Positions 46,060-58,746 of a stretch of DNA of 64,000 nt are shown in pieces. The notes below the pieces were generated by a model. The model was not told the DNA's origin, did no database searches, and saw nothing but the letters and a program-made list of their open reading frames with translations. The DNA is from Rhodosorus marinus CCMP1338 (lineage: Eukaryota; Plantae; Rhodophyta). The stretch spans positions 1,116,001-1,180,000 of the forward strand of contig JAMWBK010000006.1 of NCBI GenBank assembly GCA_029953675.1. Reading direction: 5' to 3'. Position 1 is the stretch's first letter, and every line of letters begins with the position of its first letter. The translations under genes were made by a program, and so were the position numbers.

Positions 46060-49000
46060 AGCCGGGAGATGCTTTTCACGCCCAGAAGCGAGAATCACAC
46101 TATCGAGTGATCCGGTCGCGGCTCGGCAAGATATGTTGAGAATAGGGTTGTATTTTTGAAAAGGGTGAGGAGGCGGCTGGGTTGGGGTTTTAGGAGGGGG
46201 GAAGCAAAACTTAACCCATGATTTGAAACCTGGTGGCGAAAGGATTGTCAAGCGTTGCTGCGCAAGAACTGCCCAGACACTGGTGAACGTCGCCGAAGGT
46301 TGCCCAGCAAGAGATGGGTGAAGTATGTATAATAAAAATATGTATTTTTTTCAGCACGTGTTTTTCGCGGCTATTCCAGTTTCTCGGAGAGCAGTTGGAC
46401 ATAAAATCAGGCATCCCCAGGCAGGAGGAGAAAAATACATATAACCCTCAGCTCACCATCACCGAACGTGTGTACGCGGCTGCACGTCCGTATGTGACCA
46501 AAATTCTGATATCTGTCACCTCACTCCGATCCGCATCGTCGTCGATCGGCGGATTGATGTTTCCTCTTGCAGGATTACTCTTGTTCACCCACCAACTTTT
46601 TACGGGAGTTCATCCGTGGGGTGCGATACGATCTAAAATCACTAGGATGCACATGGACCCCGTACATGCACTCGCGGTCGAGAGCTAGGAAAGTACATCC
46701 CTGCAGACAAAAAAAACCGATTGTTTCTAAGCAAGATGACAAGACTCGACATCATTGGACTCACAAGTTTGAAGTCTCGACCTTTTCAAAGCGATACTGT
46801 TGTCCCTGCATCCCAAAACTCCGTGTGGCAAACAAAAAACTTGTTTCTTTTCTCCCCAGATATCACTGGCGTCCGCTCTTTCGAGCTATTTTGCATTTTT
46901 CGTACGCACAATTGGCAACGGCCACGGCCCTCACTCCTTTCAAGCAATGACAATCCCTTGTCAACGGACTACAGAAACATCCACTGCTGGTCAGACATTC
47001 GCAACCGTGACGGGATAGGTTATTTTTCGATGTGTACCGCGCCCACGCTTCACCCAAATTTCCAATGCTCACTTTCGTAGTCGTGTGTTGTAGTGCATAC
47101 AACTTTTCCCGATGTGACCACGCCAACAGCATGAAGCCGTTGGCATGTCTACTGAATAGGTTCCGTAGACTCTATCTGTAAACCGAAAATCTGCGGAAAG
47201 AATTCGGGAAAGAATTCGCGAAAAATGCGGACTATCACAAATGGGCACGAAATTCTTGGGACAAAGCGGATTATGTCCCAAAGCTCCATGGGTCAAAACT
47301 TTTCAGCCGTGTCCCAAATTTGTCCCGAGTTCGATTTTTTTTCCCCGAACTTCGAATAGCACAAAAAAAAAGAATACCGCGTGAGCTGATTGAGGGGAAA
47401 GCGCTCTCTTTTTCATAGACGAACGATCATGATCCCTGCGATTGGAAATTGCAGCTGATCGATGGGGTGGTTTTGGTTTGTAGCTATTCTACAGCCTCGA
47501 AAAAGAAAACGGAAACCTGAGAGACAGGACACCCATCGGTTGACGATGCCTCTGTCCAAAAGGGCTCCGGTTAAAGCCAAAACTCGTCCCACGCCAGGGT
47601 AAAGGTAATTGGGCACTGGGGATTGCGTAGCTTGAGGCCTGGGAAAAGTCCGGCGCTGTCCCGGATCATGTTCAATGCTGCACTGAAACTGGTACTCGCC
47701 ATCTACATTGCGGGCGATGCAAACGTGTGTGCGCGTAGGACAATCCATCGTCGTTTGGTTCTCCGGGCGCAGAAACTATCTGTGAGGTTGCAAAAGGACT
47801 TCGGCTACGCCATTGATTTCTCCGGGCGAGTTCATGAAACCTGATCTTCGACCGAAGTGACCTCGATCTTCGGAGTCAGGAAGACGACAAGGAAGGGGCT
47901 TTTACGCATAGCCATCTGCCTCGGACTGGCACGACTCACCAACAGAGACTAGTGAAGATGGAAAAAAACATCCCATGCCATTTTGCTAGCATCGGTCAAT
48001 CAACGGGCACGCCGCTCTCGATTGATCGAATCCTAGGGAAGCACCAAAATAGTACAAATTGTTTACTGAACAACGAGAGTACTTACTATGATATATCCAT
48101 TTATTTAACTCCACGTGTCCTTCCCAGCAACTCTCCAAGTCAATCAAAATCTTGCCTCGCCTTCGAGCCGACGTCTCAATCAAAATCAGATTCCTCATAC
48201 CGCTTCAACCAATCATATTTAGATTGCTTCCTAATTACGAATTAAAAATACCTACGTGTCCAGAAGATATCTTCCTGACCCCTACGAACGGACCACAGGC
48301 TAGCTGATACTGGTGGAAAAAAAAGAAGAGGTGAAAACACTCAAAAAAAAGGAATCAGCACCTTCCTCAGCTGTGTACGTGCACGGCGAATATCGATCGA
48401 CATTTGATGCTCCTTAATTTGGCCTTTCGAATTGCTGCGGCTGTTTGAACGTTGGGGAAAATATGTAGAAGATGAGTAGATCATAAATTCATTGTTATTC
48501 AATATTGAATCAAAAAATATCAGACGATTTTGATCGTAGCGTGCGGGTGGAGGGCGATGGGGACTCATTCTATTTGTAGATCCGTCAAGGTACGAAGAAA
48601 GAAAGAAAAACCATTAGGGCCTTAAAAATAGAAAAACTGAAGGGCATTACAAAGCGAAAAAGCCGTTGCGTGTCAGAAGTGAGAAATTTCTTATCTAAAA
48701 AAAGGCATGGGCATATTTAAACGGATGTCTATTCCGATCTAAAAAAAGGGAATGTGATGTTTATTATTTATAATTCATACACTTTTTATACCAATGAAAT
48801 GTATCCAACAAGCTGATATTTTGTGTAAAATCGAGGAAACTAGTTCTTTCCTTCATTAAATTTAATCTATAAAGGGTTTTAGGGGCATCGTAAGCATGTG
48901 TATAATGATCATTTTATTGGGAAGAACCCCGGAAACTACGTTCTTTCAGGATAAATATTCTCTGATATTCTACAGATCGATGTGCTAGATATACGCCTAA

Positions 49001-49802
49001 GCACTCCGAGCCATTCAGCTCACAAAAAGAAAAAAAGTTTTCTCGAATTTGGACGGTTACAAATCAACGCCAATGATTCTTCGCGATTCAACAGATCCCC
49101 TCCCCTTTCACGGGTCCTTAGGGGTAGGGGAGAAGGAGAGGGAGTGGGGGAGGGGGAGGATTAATTTCCCATCTCCAAAAATGGAAAAAAACAAACTTTT
49201 TGCCAGGATCGAGTTTCCCTGGCCCCCCCCCCTCCTCCCCACCCAAAAGATGAAGTTCCTCTATTGGAAACGCGAGATCTTGACGTGTTACTTGTCACCA
49301 TCAATTCAGTCAAGGTTTAGACAAATAGTGCTATTTTGAATCAAATCAAGCGCTACACAGTATTAAATGACTGAAATACAATCATTTTAGGTGACAGTTT
49401 TAATGCTAACTAAGCTTTTTGTTCAGTTCAATGGGAGTAACGGGGATGGGTTGTCGAGGAGTTGGGGCATTCCAAAAGGTGTGGCCGGTTGAGGTCTGGG
49501 AAGGGATGTCGTGTGGGGCGAGGTAGGGCTCGGTATCAGGCGGCTTTGGCGACTCCTGGAGTTAGAAAACCTGGAGAATATTGGTTTGGGGGTGGTAGGT
49601 AGACGAGTATACTCTGAGGGACAAGTGGGTGCGTTGTTTTGTAGGGAAGTCGCGTGTGCTGTTGATGGACGTCGAGAAGCAATGGATGTCTAAAAGTCTT
49701 GGTGAGGGATTGGTTGCGCTTTCTAGACGAGTAGGTGGGTAAGGTTGAGAGGCTAGGAAGGGGTTTTGGGTTTCGTTGAGGGCTAACTTTGAGGGTGAAA
49801 AC

Positions 49803-51223
49803 ATGACGGGTGCCATGGAGGATTGGCAGAATTGGAGGAAATTGAAGAACGTGCTTGTGGAGCCGTTGGGTATGGGTGAGAGGAGTTACACATCAGATGG
49901 TTTGCTTTGCTTTCTGCTAGACGAGCTCATTTTGGGGTTTTGTTCTCCTCTTCTCGACCAGGACCAATAGGAGTGAAGCTTCATCGGAGGACGACCGCTT
50001 TCGTATCTGCAGCGAAGAGTTCAATGGACGCGGCGAAAAGCTCCGTGGACGCAGCGTTAAGCTCGATGGAACAGAGAATGGACAGTGTGTTGGAAAATGC
50101 CTTAAGCACAGGGATGAATGGTTTGGGAAAACCCGTGGTATCAAACTTGATCAATATTGATTCTTTAGAGGAGACAACGGACTCCCTGCACTCCCAGTTC
50201 GAGCAGATTGAAGGTGGTGAAGGGTGGGCAGAGGTGAGGCAGTGCTAGTCAGAACACGATGTGATAATGTCAATACGGCATCCCCGTGCACAAGTGGACA
50301 AAGTACTCATAAGCATGTACTCCTTTCAGGTACGGTCGTCTTACGGAATCACGGTTTGGAAGAAGAAAGGTGACCGAAGGGCCAAAAGAGGTCGATCGGC
50401 GGTGGAGGATCGACTGTACATTGTCAAGGCGCAGGGCACGATTGGCGCACCCCCGAAGCAGGTGAGGTTGGCAACAAACTGCGTTTGCACTGTGGTTGAT
50501 TAAAGATAGATCACAAACGATTGTTCGCTCATGCACCGTGCGACGTATTTGAACCAAACAAAACATGTAGGTGTATGACATTTTTATGGACAACAATCGC
50601 ATTCACGAGTACAACAAACTTTGCAACGGCGTGCAGGACCTGGAGGTTGTCAATGGGGAGACGAAGATCACCTGGTCCTGCAGTCGAAGTATCGGACCAT
50701 TTAAACCTAGAGATTTTGTAACTCTTATCCATACAAAGTAGGTGAAGAATATCCCATTTGAGTGTAGCTACGGGAGTACTTATGCGACATTGCCTTCTAT
50801 TTTTTTTTTGCGACTGCTCTTTACTTAGGAGAAAACGGTGTGGATCTTATTTGGTCTTAAATCGCGCAGTCAGGAGTAAGGGTGCACGTCCACGGCGTGG
50901 GTTCGTACGAGGAGAGATACTTCTCGCTGGGCATCTCTTTGGGACCGTACGTATCTTTTGCTCATTGAAGGTAGTAAGTAGCTTAGTCGCTTTTGCAAAG
51001 CTGACGTAGTCCCTCTTCATATCGAATTTGCCACTAATAGGTTCCTGGTGACCCGAACAGCACGAGCTTTATGACGTTGATGCAGGTCAACCCGGGAGGA
51101 GTTGCGGAAATGCCGCTTGGAACTCGGATTATAAATCGACTCTGCACTAATGGACCCCTGAACTTCATTCGAAACCTCGAGCGACTCGCTCAAGGAAAGC
51201 CTGCCTTGGCAAGGACGATGTAG
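49803..51223 (+). CDS. START (StAR-related lipid transfer) domain protein, multi-exon
   Basis: Spliced segments GEGWAE, YGITVWKK, KAQGTIGAPP, HEYNKLCNGVQDLEVV...ITWSCSRSIGPFKPRDFVTL, GFVRGEILLAG and TSFMTLMQVNPGG...IINRL are typical START motifs. TAG at 51221-51223. Confidence 0.85.
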
Positions 51224-52216
51224 GGTTGCGGCAACTCTACAAACGCTGAGAGGTTTTGCACAGCAACCTGTGCAAAACCTCGCAACCATGGAGGCCCTCG
51301 TGGGGGCGTTTGATCTTTTTGTACCAGTCCTATATCATTTGAACGACGGCTGTTTTCGAAACTGTGAATCTGATTCGTTTGGCGAGGATCGTTTGACCGA
51401 TTCTATTTTTTGGCTGCCGCGTCTCTGTGAAGGAGCGTCACAGATTTCCCTTTTCGGCCTCCGTGGAGGATCGTTCGCCCTGATGAGGGAATCGATGAGG
51501 GAATAATGTTTATTAGTTGTACCAAATAAGGACGTTCTAGGCTGGTTTTTTTTGTTTTAACTATACTAGGATTTCCTAGCTCATTATGGTATCGGAGTCC
51601 GGAGAATCAGCTTTCTGGTTTCGCCCTCTATCGATGATTCTCATTGATCTGTCCATGGACAAAAGGTCTAAGCAGGCATGCTTCGATTATTTGACCGTAT
51701 CGAAGCAACAGCCATCCAATTCGCTTTTCTTTCCTAAACTGGATGCGCAAAACGAACAACATCAGGCCAAACGAGCAGGCAGGCAGTGCTCCGCTAAGGT
51801 CAACAACGACAAGATTTTGTTTGATCTAGACTAATATCGCGACCCTCAATGCTCCACGGACAACCCAGTAGTGAGCAACTGTAAAAGATCAGACTACGCC
51901 TGCAGCTGCGGACGGGAAACGGCAATGATACTAACCACGTAAACAGTTGCATTTCACGGCGCCTATATGAGGCGGTCCTAAACAAACCACATCTACCAAT
52001 TGGCAAGAACCATAAAGGCGCCTTATGGATCCAGCCTTCCCTTTTCCGCACTTCCTGCGAGAGGACTAGAATAGTACCACCACCTGATACAAACTCTATT
52101 CACTGTACCCACAGCGGAATCCAACACCGCCTTCATATAGTATCAGTACCCTCTCACTAACAAATAGTACAATAGCAACAAAATAAGAAACAAATTCACT
52201 TGGGTCCAATTCTATA

Positions 52217-52282
52217 GCTCTTTTCATTAATATACAAATATTAAAAAACGGCTCTTTTCATTAATATATAAATGTTAAAAAC
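52217..52282 (+). repeat. Tandem duplication of a ~33-34 bp AT-rich unit upstream of tRNA-Tyr
   Basis: gctcttttcattaatatacaaatattaaaaaacg (52217-52250) is followed by gctcttttcattaatatataaatgttaaaaac (52251-52282). Confidence 0.85.
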
Positions 52283-52299
52283 TATGGAGGCTAATACCA

Positions 52300-52383
52300 C
52301 TCATCTTAGCTCAGTTGGCAGAGCATGGGACTGTAGTTGTGGCAGATATCCTAGGGTCGCTGGTTCGATTCCGGCAGATGAGA
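52300..52383 (+). tRNA. trnY-GTA: tRNA-Tyr (anticodon GTA) with an 11-nt intron (52337-52347)
   Basis: Acceptor CTCATCT/AGATGAG (C1-G72, typical of eukaryotic Tyr). D-arm TAGCTCAGTTGGCAGAGC. Anticodon arm TGGGA-CTGTAG[TTGTGGCAGAT]A-TCCTA with the intron at the canonical 37/38 position. T-loop GGTTCGATTCC. Confidence 0.96.
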
Positions 52384-52386
52384 TGG

Positions 52387-52395
52387 TTTTTTTTT
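52387..52395 (+). terminator. RNA polymerase III terminator (T9) of tRNA-Tyr
   Basis: Run of nine T immediately after the tRNA. Confidence 0.8.
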
Positions 52396-52821
52396 CTTTC
52401 TCATACTATCTTCCTGGATGTCGAAGGTTACGTGTGCTGAATAATAGAGACACTGGTTGAAAGAAGCGGTTGGGAATCCTTATGTCCCCCCCACCCCCAA
52501 ACCTCACTCTGTTTTGAGCTGAACGGGATTCAACTTTGCCCTTTCAATCGTTCTCCTTCTGTTTTTTTGGCATTTTTAGCAGCCGTGTGACTCGTGTGGA
52601 CATACACACAGATCTATGGAGTTTCAGTGACCTTCTGAAACCGTTAAGGAGGAAGACGCCACTTGCTGGAGTCAAGCAGAGGAGGGACAAGGAAGAAGAG
52701 CATGGCTCATAAACAGGAAAAGTCGCCGTTTATGTAATTCCTTCGTTTGTCGTTCGCCTGGACGCTTCCCATCCATATCCATTTTTGCATTGTACACGCA
52801 GTTCTGGTGCTGTACTACATG

Positions 52822-54596
52822 TTACGCATACTCTTTTTCGATTAGCTTCCATATAGTCTGGAGATGGATGTTCGTGGTCCCCTCGTAGATTTGACCAATT
52901 TTCGAGTCTCGGAAGTACTTTTCGACTGCGTAGTCAGTGGTGAACCCAACTCCCCCCATCCATTCAACGCACCTTTTTCATTTTAGAGTAGATACACGGC
53001 GAACATTGAGGTTCAGATGGGATGATTGCGCTCTCATCTAAGTCAACTGCACTGCATGGTGGGCAATTCTAGTTTATGCGCTCTTTGTCCTTTTGATGCC
53101 TGGCAATCGCTCAAGCAACACCCGACAAAGGCAGGCAGATGACAGTCCTTAAACTAGAATTGTCCACTGTGCAGCAGCTTTCCTTGCTTCACAAAAAAAA
53201 ATAATGGGAATCGGGTGAGCCTACTTTGAAGCAACCTTCTCCGAAGTCTTTGAGCTGATTAGTTTAGCGATCGCCGCCTCTTTCACAAAAGGAGCTCCAG
53301 AGTCCTTCAACCGCGCGGCGTTGTAGACAAGAACCTTGGCTGCTTCCAATTCCGCGCAGACTTCAGCGACTTGAAACTGGAGACCTTGAAACTCAGAGAT
53401 GGGCTTCCCGAACTGTTCTCCGTGAAGACATAGGGAATCAGAGGCTTGATCAGAAAAACTAAAAAAGCTGCTACAGAGAAGCTGGCTATCGCGCATTGAA
53501 AGAAACATGCCTGCTTCCGCTCCTTCAAGAAAGGCAGAGCGACATCAAGCGCTCCCTGGGCTAGGCCGATCATCTGGGCACCAATACCAATTCTTCCTTC
53601 GTTGAGAGCTTGAATGGCAATGCGATAACCCTCGCCGGGGCTACCAAGCACAGCATCCTTGGCGACTTTGACATCATCGAAACGAACTTCACAAGTAGAC
53701 GATGCTCGAATGCCGAGCTTGTCCTCTTTCTTCCCGACGTGTACGCCAGGCTGCTTAGCATCCAAAATGAACGCTGTTATGCCTTTGTGTCTAAGGATCA
53801 GAGAGGAGGCACCGTTCTCGGTTAGATGCCAAGTGTATTTGGAAGTGGCTAATCTTGCTGACGATTGGCGATCTTTTGAAGCTCTTCAACCTTAGTGACT
53901 CGTCCACGGTAGCAAAGAGGATGAATACATCAGCTTCAGCGGCGTTTGAGATCCACATCTTGCTCCCATTTAGGACGTAGTGGTCTCCCTGCTGTTTCGC
54001 AGTGGTCTTCAGGGCGAAAGCGTCGGATCCAGAGGATGCCTCACTGAGGCAGAAGGAGGATAAGGAGGTGGTCGCCATCTGAGAAAGCCATTTGGACTTT
54101 TGAGAATCAGTGCCCCATCTCTCAACCACCCGGTTGTTGAGGGTGTTGTGGATATCAACAACGAGAGACACAGAGGCGTCCACTTTGGAGAGCTCTTCGA
54201 CGACAATACAGGTTTGGGTGAAGCTCATTTCACCACCACCATATTTATCTTCTACCTCAACTCCCATAAACCCAGCCTCGAAGAGCTGCTTGAGCATACT
54301 TCCATCCATCTTTCCTTCCTTGTCCATTTTTGAAACCAACGGGGCCACTTCCTTTGCAGCGAATCGCTTGACCATGTCCTGACAGGAGATCCAGAGCTGA
54401 GAATTCTCACTGAATCATTAATAACGCCCATAGATAATCTGCTTACCCTGAGCATAACTTCATCATCGCTCCACTCAGTAGCAGCCGGTCGAACCGACTC
54501 CGACATCCACCTCCTACCGACTGCGGTCGACCATCGAGGTTTCAATGCGTAGATACCTGCGGACGTCCTTGATAATCGCGATACACAACTAATCAT
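52822..54596 (-). CDS. ACADSB: Mitochondrial short/branched-chain acyl-CoA dehydrogenase, multi-exon
   Basis: Arg/Ser-rich transit-like N-terminus. Motifs [70 protein letters not shown] and [38 protein letters not shown] at 52824-52822. Confidence 0.93.
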
Positions 54597-55211
54597 CTTG
54601 GCCTTCTGTTCGTGCAGATCAACATAAGCTTCCCAAACCTACCCAGCCAACGTACCCAGAAGCTCAGCCATGCCTGAAATGCTGACACCTTAATAAGACT
54701 TCCACATCGCCAGCAGATATCCTCATGAACGTCTAATACATACTTTTTATTTCTACGAAACCTATAATATTGATAGAATACAAATGATTGATGGCCATGA
54801 ATAATTTGAATACACCATCGTGACGTTTATATTGATTACTCAAGGTGATTTATAGAATTATTTATATGTCATTTATGACTGTACGGACGCGGCCGCCTCT
54901 TGGTGGGGGCTGGAGGTATGGAAGTATGTTCGTCGAAAGTAATGAGTGAGGTCCGCTCTCAAAGGTATGCCGTGTGTGCCAGGGTGTTCTTTTCTTGTCA
55001 TCGTCAGGGTTGGGCTTTTCGCTTTTGAAACACAAAGAATTGTATTTGATAGAGAAAAGGTTCCAAAGGTGGGTTTCTCAGTACTGACGGCCAAACTTTC
55101 AGTTTTGGGCCTTGCTCCGTTGATTTTGAGGTCGTCATCGGGTCTTATTTGCATATGTGAACAAGCGATAGAAAGGAGGAGCAGGTTTTCGGAGACGTTC
55201 TGGAGAAGAAG

Positions 55212-55733
55212 TCAGAATGTGCCCCGTCCCTCAAGCGCCTTTTGATATCGGCGATCGTCATCGTAAGAATTTGTCGCGACGGATCGCAGGGCCTCAATGT
55301 ATTCGTGTGGGAGTTGAACGTCAATTGCTCCTTGGATAATCACCCGCATGTACAATGCGGAGGGTACAAGTCCAGACTGAGGATTCAAGACCTTGTAGGT
55401 GTAGCAGTTGATCTGGTCTCCGGATGGCGTTTTAACGCCAATCTCTAAACGGTAGTAATGACCAATTGATACTCCCTCTTGCACGTCCAGCTTATCAAGC
55501 TGGTCAGTACGAATACTCCAAATTGCACCGTGAACGGTTCCCCTTTCGTGCACTCTAATATCCGCCGCCGCACCGCCCCATCGTTCGGTATGAAGCGTGA
55601 AGTCCAACTCGTACCCGTCCAAACTTCCACTCGATATTAACTTCGCACTGGGACAATTAATCTGCAGTCGATTCTTATTCAAGTTCGATCCAAACGAAAA
55701 ATACAGAAATCGATCCTCATCCGCAGAATTCAT
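55212..55733 (-). CDS. GGCT: Gamma-glutamylcyclotransferase (GGCT/C7orf24-like), cytosolic form, intronless
   Basis: FLYFSFGSNL, WGGAAADI, VHGAIW, catalytic LDVQEGV and PSALYMRVIIQGA...LPHEY align with human GGCT as I recall it. ATG at 55733 (the ORF track starts at an upstream TTG). Confidence 0.9.
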   Translation of the reverse strand: MNSADEDRFLYFSFGSNLNKNRLQINCPSAKLISSGSLDGYELDFTLHTERWGGAAADIRVHERGTVHGAIWSIRTDQLDKLDVQEGVSIGHYYRLEIGVKTPSGDQINCYTYKVLNPQSGLVPSALYMRVIIQGAIDVQLPHEYIEALRSVATNSYDDDRRYQKALEGRGTF

Positions 55734-57056
55734 CCCTCCCCGAAACCCACCAACCCCCCCGCTATACAACCCAACACAAAGACAACACCTGCCTCCTAAT
55801 TCCTCAAATATTTCCTCTCATAGCTCCAACGTTCTCTCAGGGACTGAAAGCTAATCCCAAGACATCCAAAAAGCGAAACTCTGTACCCAAACCGTCCGCC
55901 GTGGACATCTGCTCCATACACTCCACACAACTTCCTCAGCATAAGATGAAGTCCTGAAACTCCAAATCTTCGATTTCAGCTCAAAAATAACTGTTCCAGT
56001 AAAATGGGACGAAGTCGATCGGGGGACAATTTTTAGAACAATTATTTCCAAAATTCAAAATATTGGTTGGAGGGGGGAATGCAAATTGAAGAAAACCACA
56101 TAAGTCTCGGATACTGCGTCATCTGTACCGGTCAAAAAATATTCCCATCAAGTGGTTACCGACCCCGCGCTGGAGGAGGAATTGGGGCAGGCCCGGTTCG
56201 AGTGAAGGGGTGGGCTGTGTTGACCCTGAGTCGTACTTCGCGCGCTAGGAGAGAGGTTGCATCTGCAGATTGATGATGTGCTCTCCTGCGGATCTCCAAT
56301 GGACGCCGACCAGGTTTACTCAAAATATAGAAAGTGAGTGAGAAAGGGGTGGATTCGGTGAACTGTTTAGCCCCGAGCATTAACCCTCTCAGCGTTCTCC
56401 ATTGGAACTTTTGCCCAATAATTCACACATTCACTTCGGCAGCATCAAGATCTGTTCACACATAGTACTCTTTGATCAGAACGAGTCGAACAGTGCTACA
56501 TCAGGAGCGGAAAGTAAGAAAACTAGCTACACCCCCGCGGGCCCGGTCGCATCTAGTCGCTCCTCTCACGTGGGATGATGTCTATCCTAAAAGTGAAAAG
56601 TATATCTAGCAAGATCCTAGACGAGCCGCTTCAGACGGCTTTGGAGGAACTACCTCGATCTACCAAGATCCTAGCTTGTACCTCACAAGCGACATCAAGC
56701 TATGCACTTCCTCAGGCGATCCGTTTGGAAGACCTAGCGATCTCAGTGACACTGCTCGCGAGCGCTGTGGTGAAAAGTAATTAATCTCGAGCTTCCGCTC
56801 TCGAGAGAGGAGGCTCGCATGAGACGACTTCGGGAGGTTTACAAATGTGATGAACGAGGGGAGATATTGGACGCGGAGCCGAGCAAAGATTCTTAATCTC
56901 CTGAGGGGAAGCGGTGGGAAAGGAGATTCTGTTGTAGAGTTCAACTGGATGATTAAGAGTGAGCGTTAGTCGAGCTTATGTAGTTGCCGTCTTAGGAAGA
57001 GAGGAAGGTAAAAGAACTTGTTCTGAAGGGGGGTTTTGCGAGCCATTCTGTGAAGG

Positions 57057-57689
57057 ATGGGTAGGTGGAGTGTATCTATCCTTTCCGCGATTTTGGGGAT
57101 TTCGGCATTGACGTTCGTATGCGGGTTCTGGGGCTGGGATGATGGAAAAAGGGTGGTGAAGGTGATGAGTCAGCCTGAGAGGTTAGTCTATTTCGGCTAC
57201 GGATCAAACTTGAAGGGGACTAGGTTGCAGGTTAGTGCGCCATCTGCCAAGTTTGAAGGTATTGCGCGTTTGGACGGGTTTAAGTTAGCCTTCACCACTC
57301 CGTCTCGGAGGTGGGGTGGGGCGGCGGCGGACGTGCTTGAGGCACACGGTGGCATCGTTTACGGTGCAATGTGGTCGATCGCAAGGTCAGAGCTGCTGGC
57401 AGTGGATGATCAAGAGAGCGTTAATCAGGGACAGTACTTCCGCGATTTCCAATATGTAGATGAGCTCGATTCGGGGTTCCGAAGTACTGGCAGAAAAATC
57501 AAGGTCTTGCTCTACAGAGTAAGGGAACCACAGCCCACTCTCATACCCTCCAAAGTGTACCTTCGAGTTATCCTCGCCGGTGCGAAGGAAATCGGACTAC
57601 CACCGGACTACGTCCATACGATTTCACTTATTAAGACGACACCCTATGACAACGAAACGCTCTACGAGCTCTTCATGGGACGCGCATAG
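57057..57689 (+). CDS. GGCT: Gamma-glutamylcyclotransferase paralog with an N-terminal signal peptide/anchor, intronless
   Basis: Hydrophobic N-terminus MGRWSVSILSAILGISALTFVCG, then LVYFGYGSNL, WGGAAADV, VYGAMW, VDDQESV (catalytic Glu retained) and PSKVYLRVILAGAKEIGLPPDY. Confidence 0.9.
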   Translation: MGRWSVSILSAILGISALTFVCGFWGWDDGKRVVKVMSQPERLVYFGYGSNLKGTRLQVSAPSAKFEGIARLDGFKLAFTTPSRRWGGAAADVLEAHGGIVYGAMWSIARSELLAVDDQESVNQGQYFRDFQYVDELDSGFRSTGRKIKVLLYRVREPQPTLIPSKVYLRVILAGAKEIGLPPDYVHTISLIKTTPYDNETLYELFMGRA

Positions 57690-58018
57690 AGTTCAGCTCA
57701 CATTCTCTCGCAGAATAAACTGCTCCCGGAATCAATACTTTCGCACAAATTACGCTTTGAAATATAGCACTCTCTAAGTGCTGCCGGAAGCTATCTGAAC
57801 TCATTCGACAGATTAGCATACGAGGGCCATTTGTCTCCATCCCGACTTTCGCAACTGATGGACGGAGCGCCTCCAGTAGCAACATTTCTTTGACAGACCT
57901 TCAACCTGTTTGAACAGCCAGCACCAACGTCGAAGCGACTGCGAACTGGATCATCCGAGTCATCCAAGTCGGGCAGCCCTAAGTCCATTGGTGTGGCAAC
58001 GCTCAAGATGTTCGCCAC

Positions 58019-58684
58019 TTAAGAGCTGAGAGCGGCTTGTATATTCTTCCTCAGCACGTCCGTGCTGTGTTTGGAAGCGCCTATGAGATCGTTTAAGAGT
58101 CTTTCCATGCTCCGCTCAGCAGCCACTATCACACTACCGAAAATCTGAAGATCCGCTTTTAGAGACTGGACGTCGCATACATCAATGCGAAACCCACTGC
58201 GGTGTCGTTCATGTTCACGGATCGTTTTTCGGGGTACAAAAATAAAAGGAAGAGTGTGGATTGTAAAATGCCGGCTATCCTGGGGGGAGACATCGCTGCA
58301 GAATTTTCTACCCTAGAAGTCTCACAGAATTGTGAACGTAACTGTTATTCATAAATCGATGTATTGTGTGTTCGGTCAAGTAGCATATACGCTACAGTCT
58401 GGAACGGTGTAGATACCAAGCATGTAGTCAACAGCACTCACTCCCACCTCTCATCTAAGCGGATGAAACGGACTACCCAGATCTAGAGGAAGAGGCGGAT
58501 GTCTCCTTATGGGGAAAACGAGCTTTGAAAAGAGTGAGCTGCTCATACCAAGCGCGATACCAAGCTCGTCGCGCTGAAACTTGCGGGTCGTTTCAAGAAA
58601 ATCCTGTCTGTCGACTGGAAAACTGGTTTGTCAACGCCTGGGGGGGACTGATGGTGTCAGAGTGAGGTCCTCTTGAAGGAACAT
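58019..58684 (-). CDS. Possible small spliced hypothetical gene, head-to-head with Gemin7
   Basis: ATG at 58684 opens MFLQEDLTLTPSVPP, ending at a GTATGA donor. Further GT-AG-bounded frames (IWVVRFIRLDERW; IFGSVIVAAERSMERLLNDLIGASKH...AALSS-TAA) can be joined in phase. No family recognised. Confidence 0.3.
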
Positions 58685-58746
58685 TAGCGAGTCGAGTCGC
58701 AGCGTCGAACGCAAAAGCTAAGGTCTAATCTTTTTTGTGGGTGCTG

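Noticed and set aside
46300-48600. Short ORFs between E2F and the START gene
   Set aside because: No coherent exon chain or family motif; treated as intergenic.
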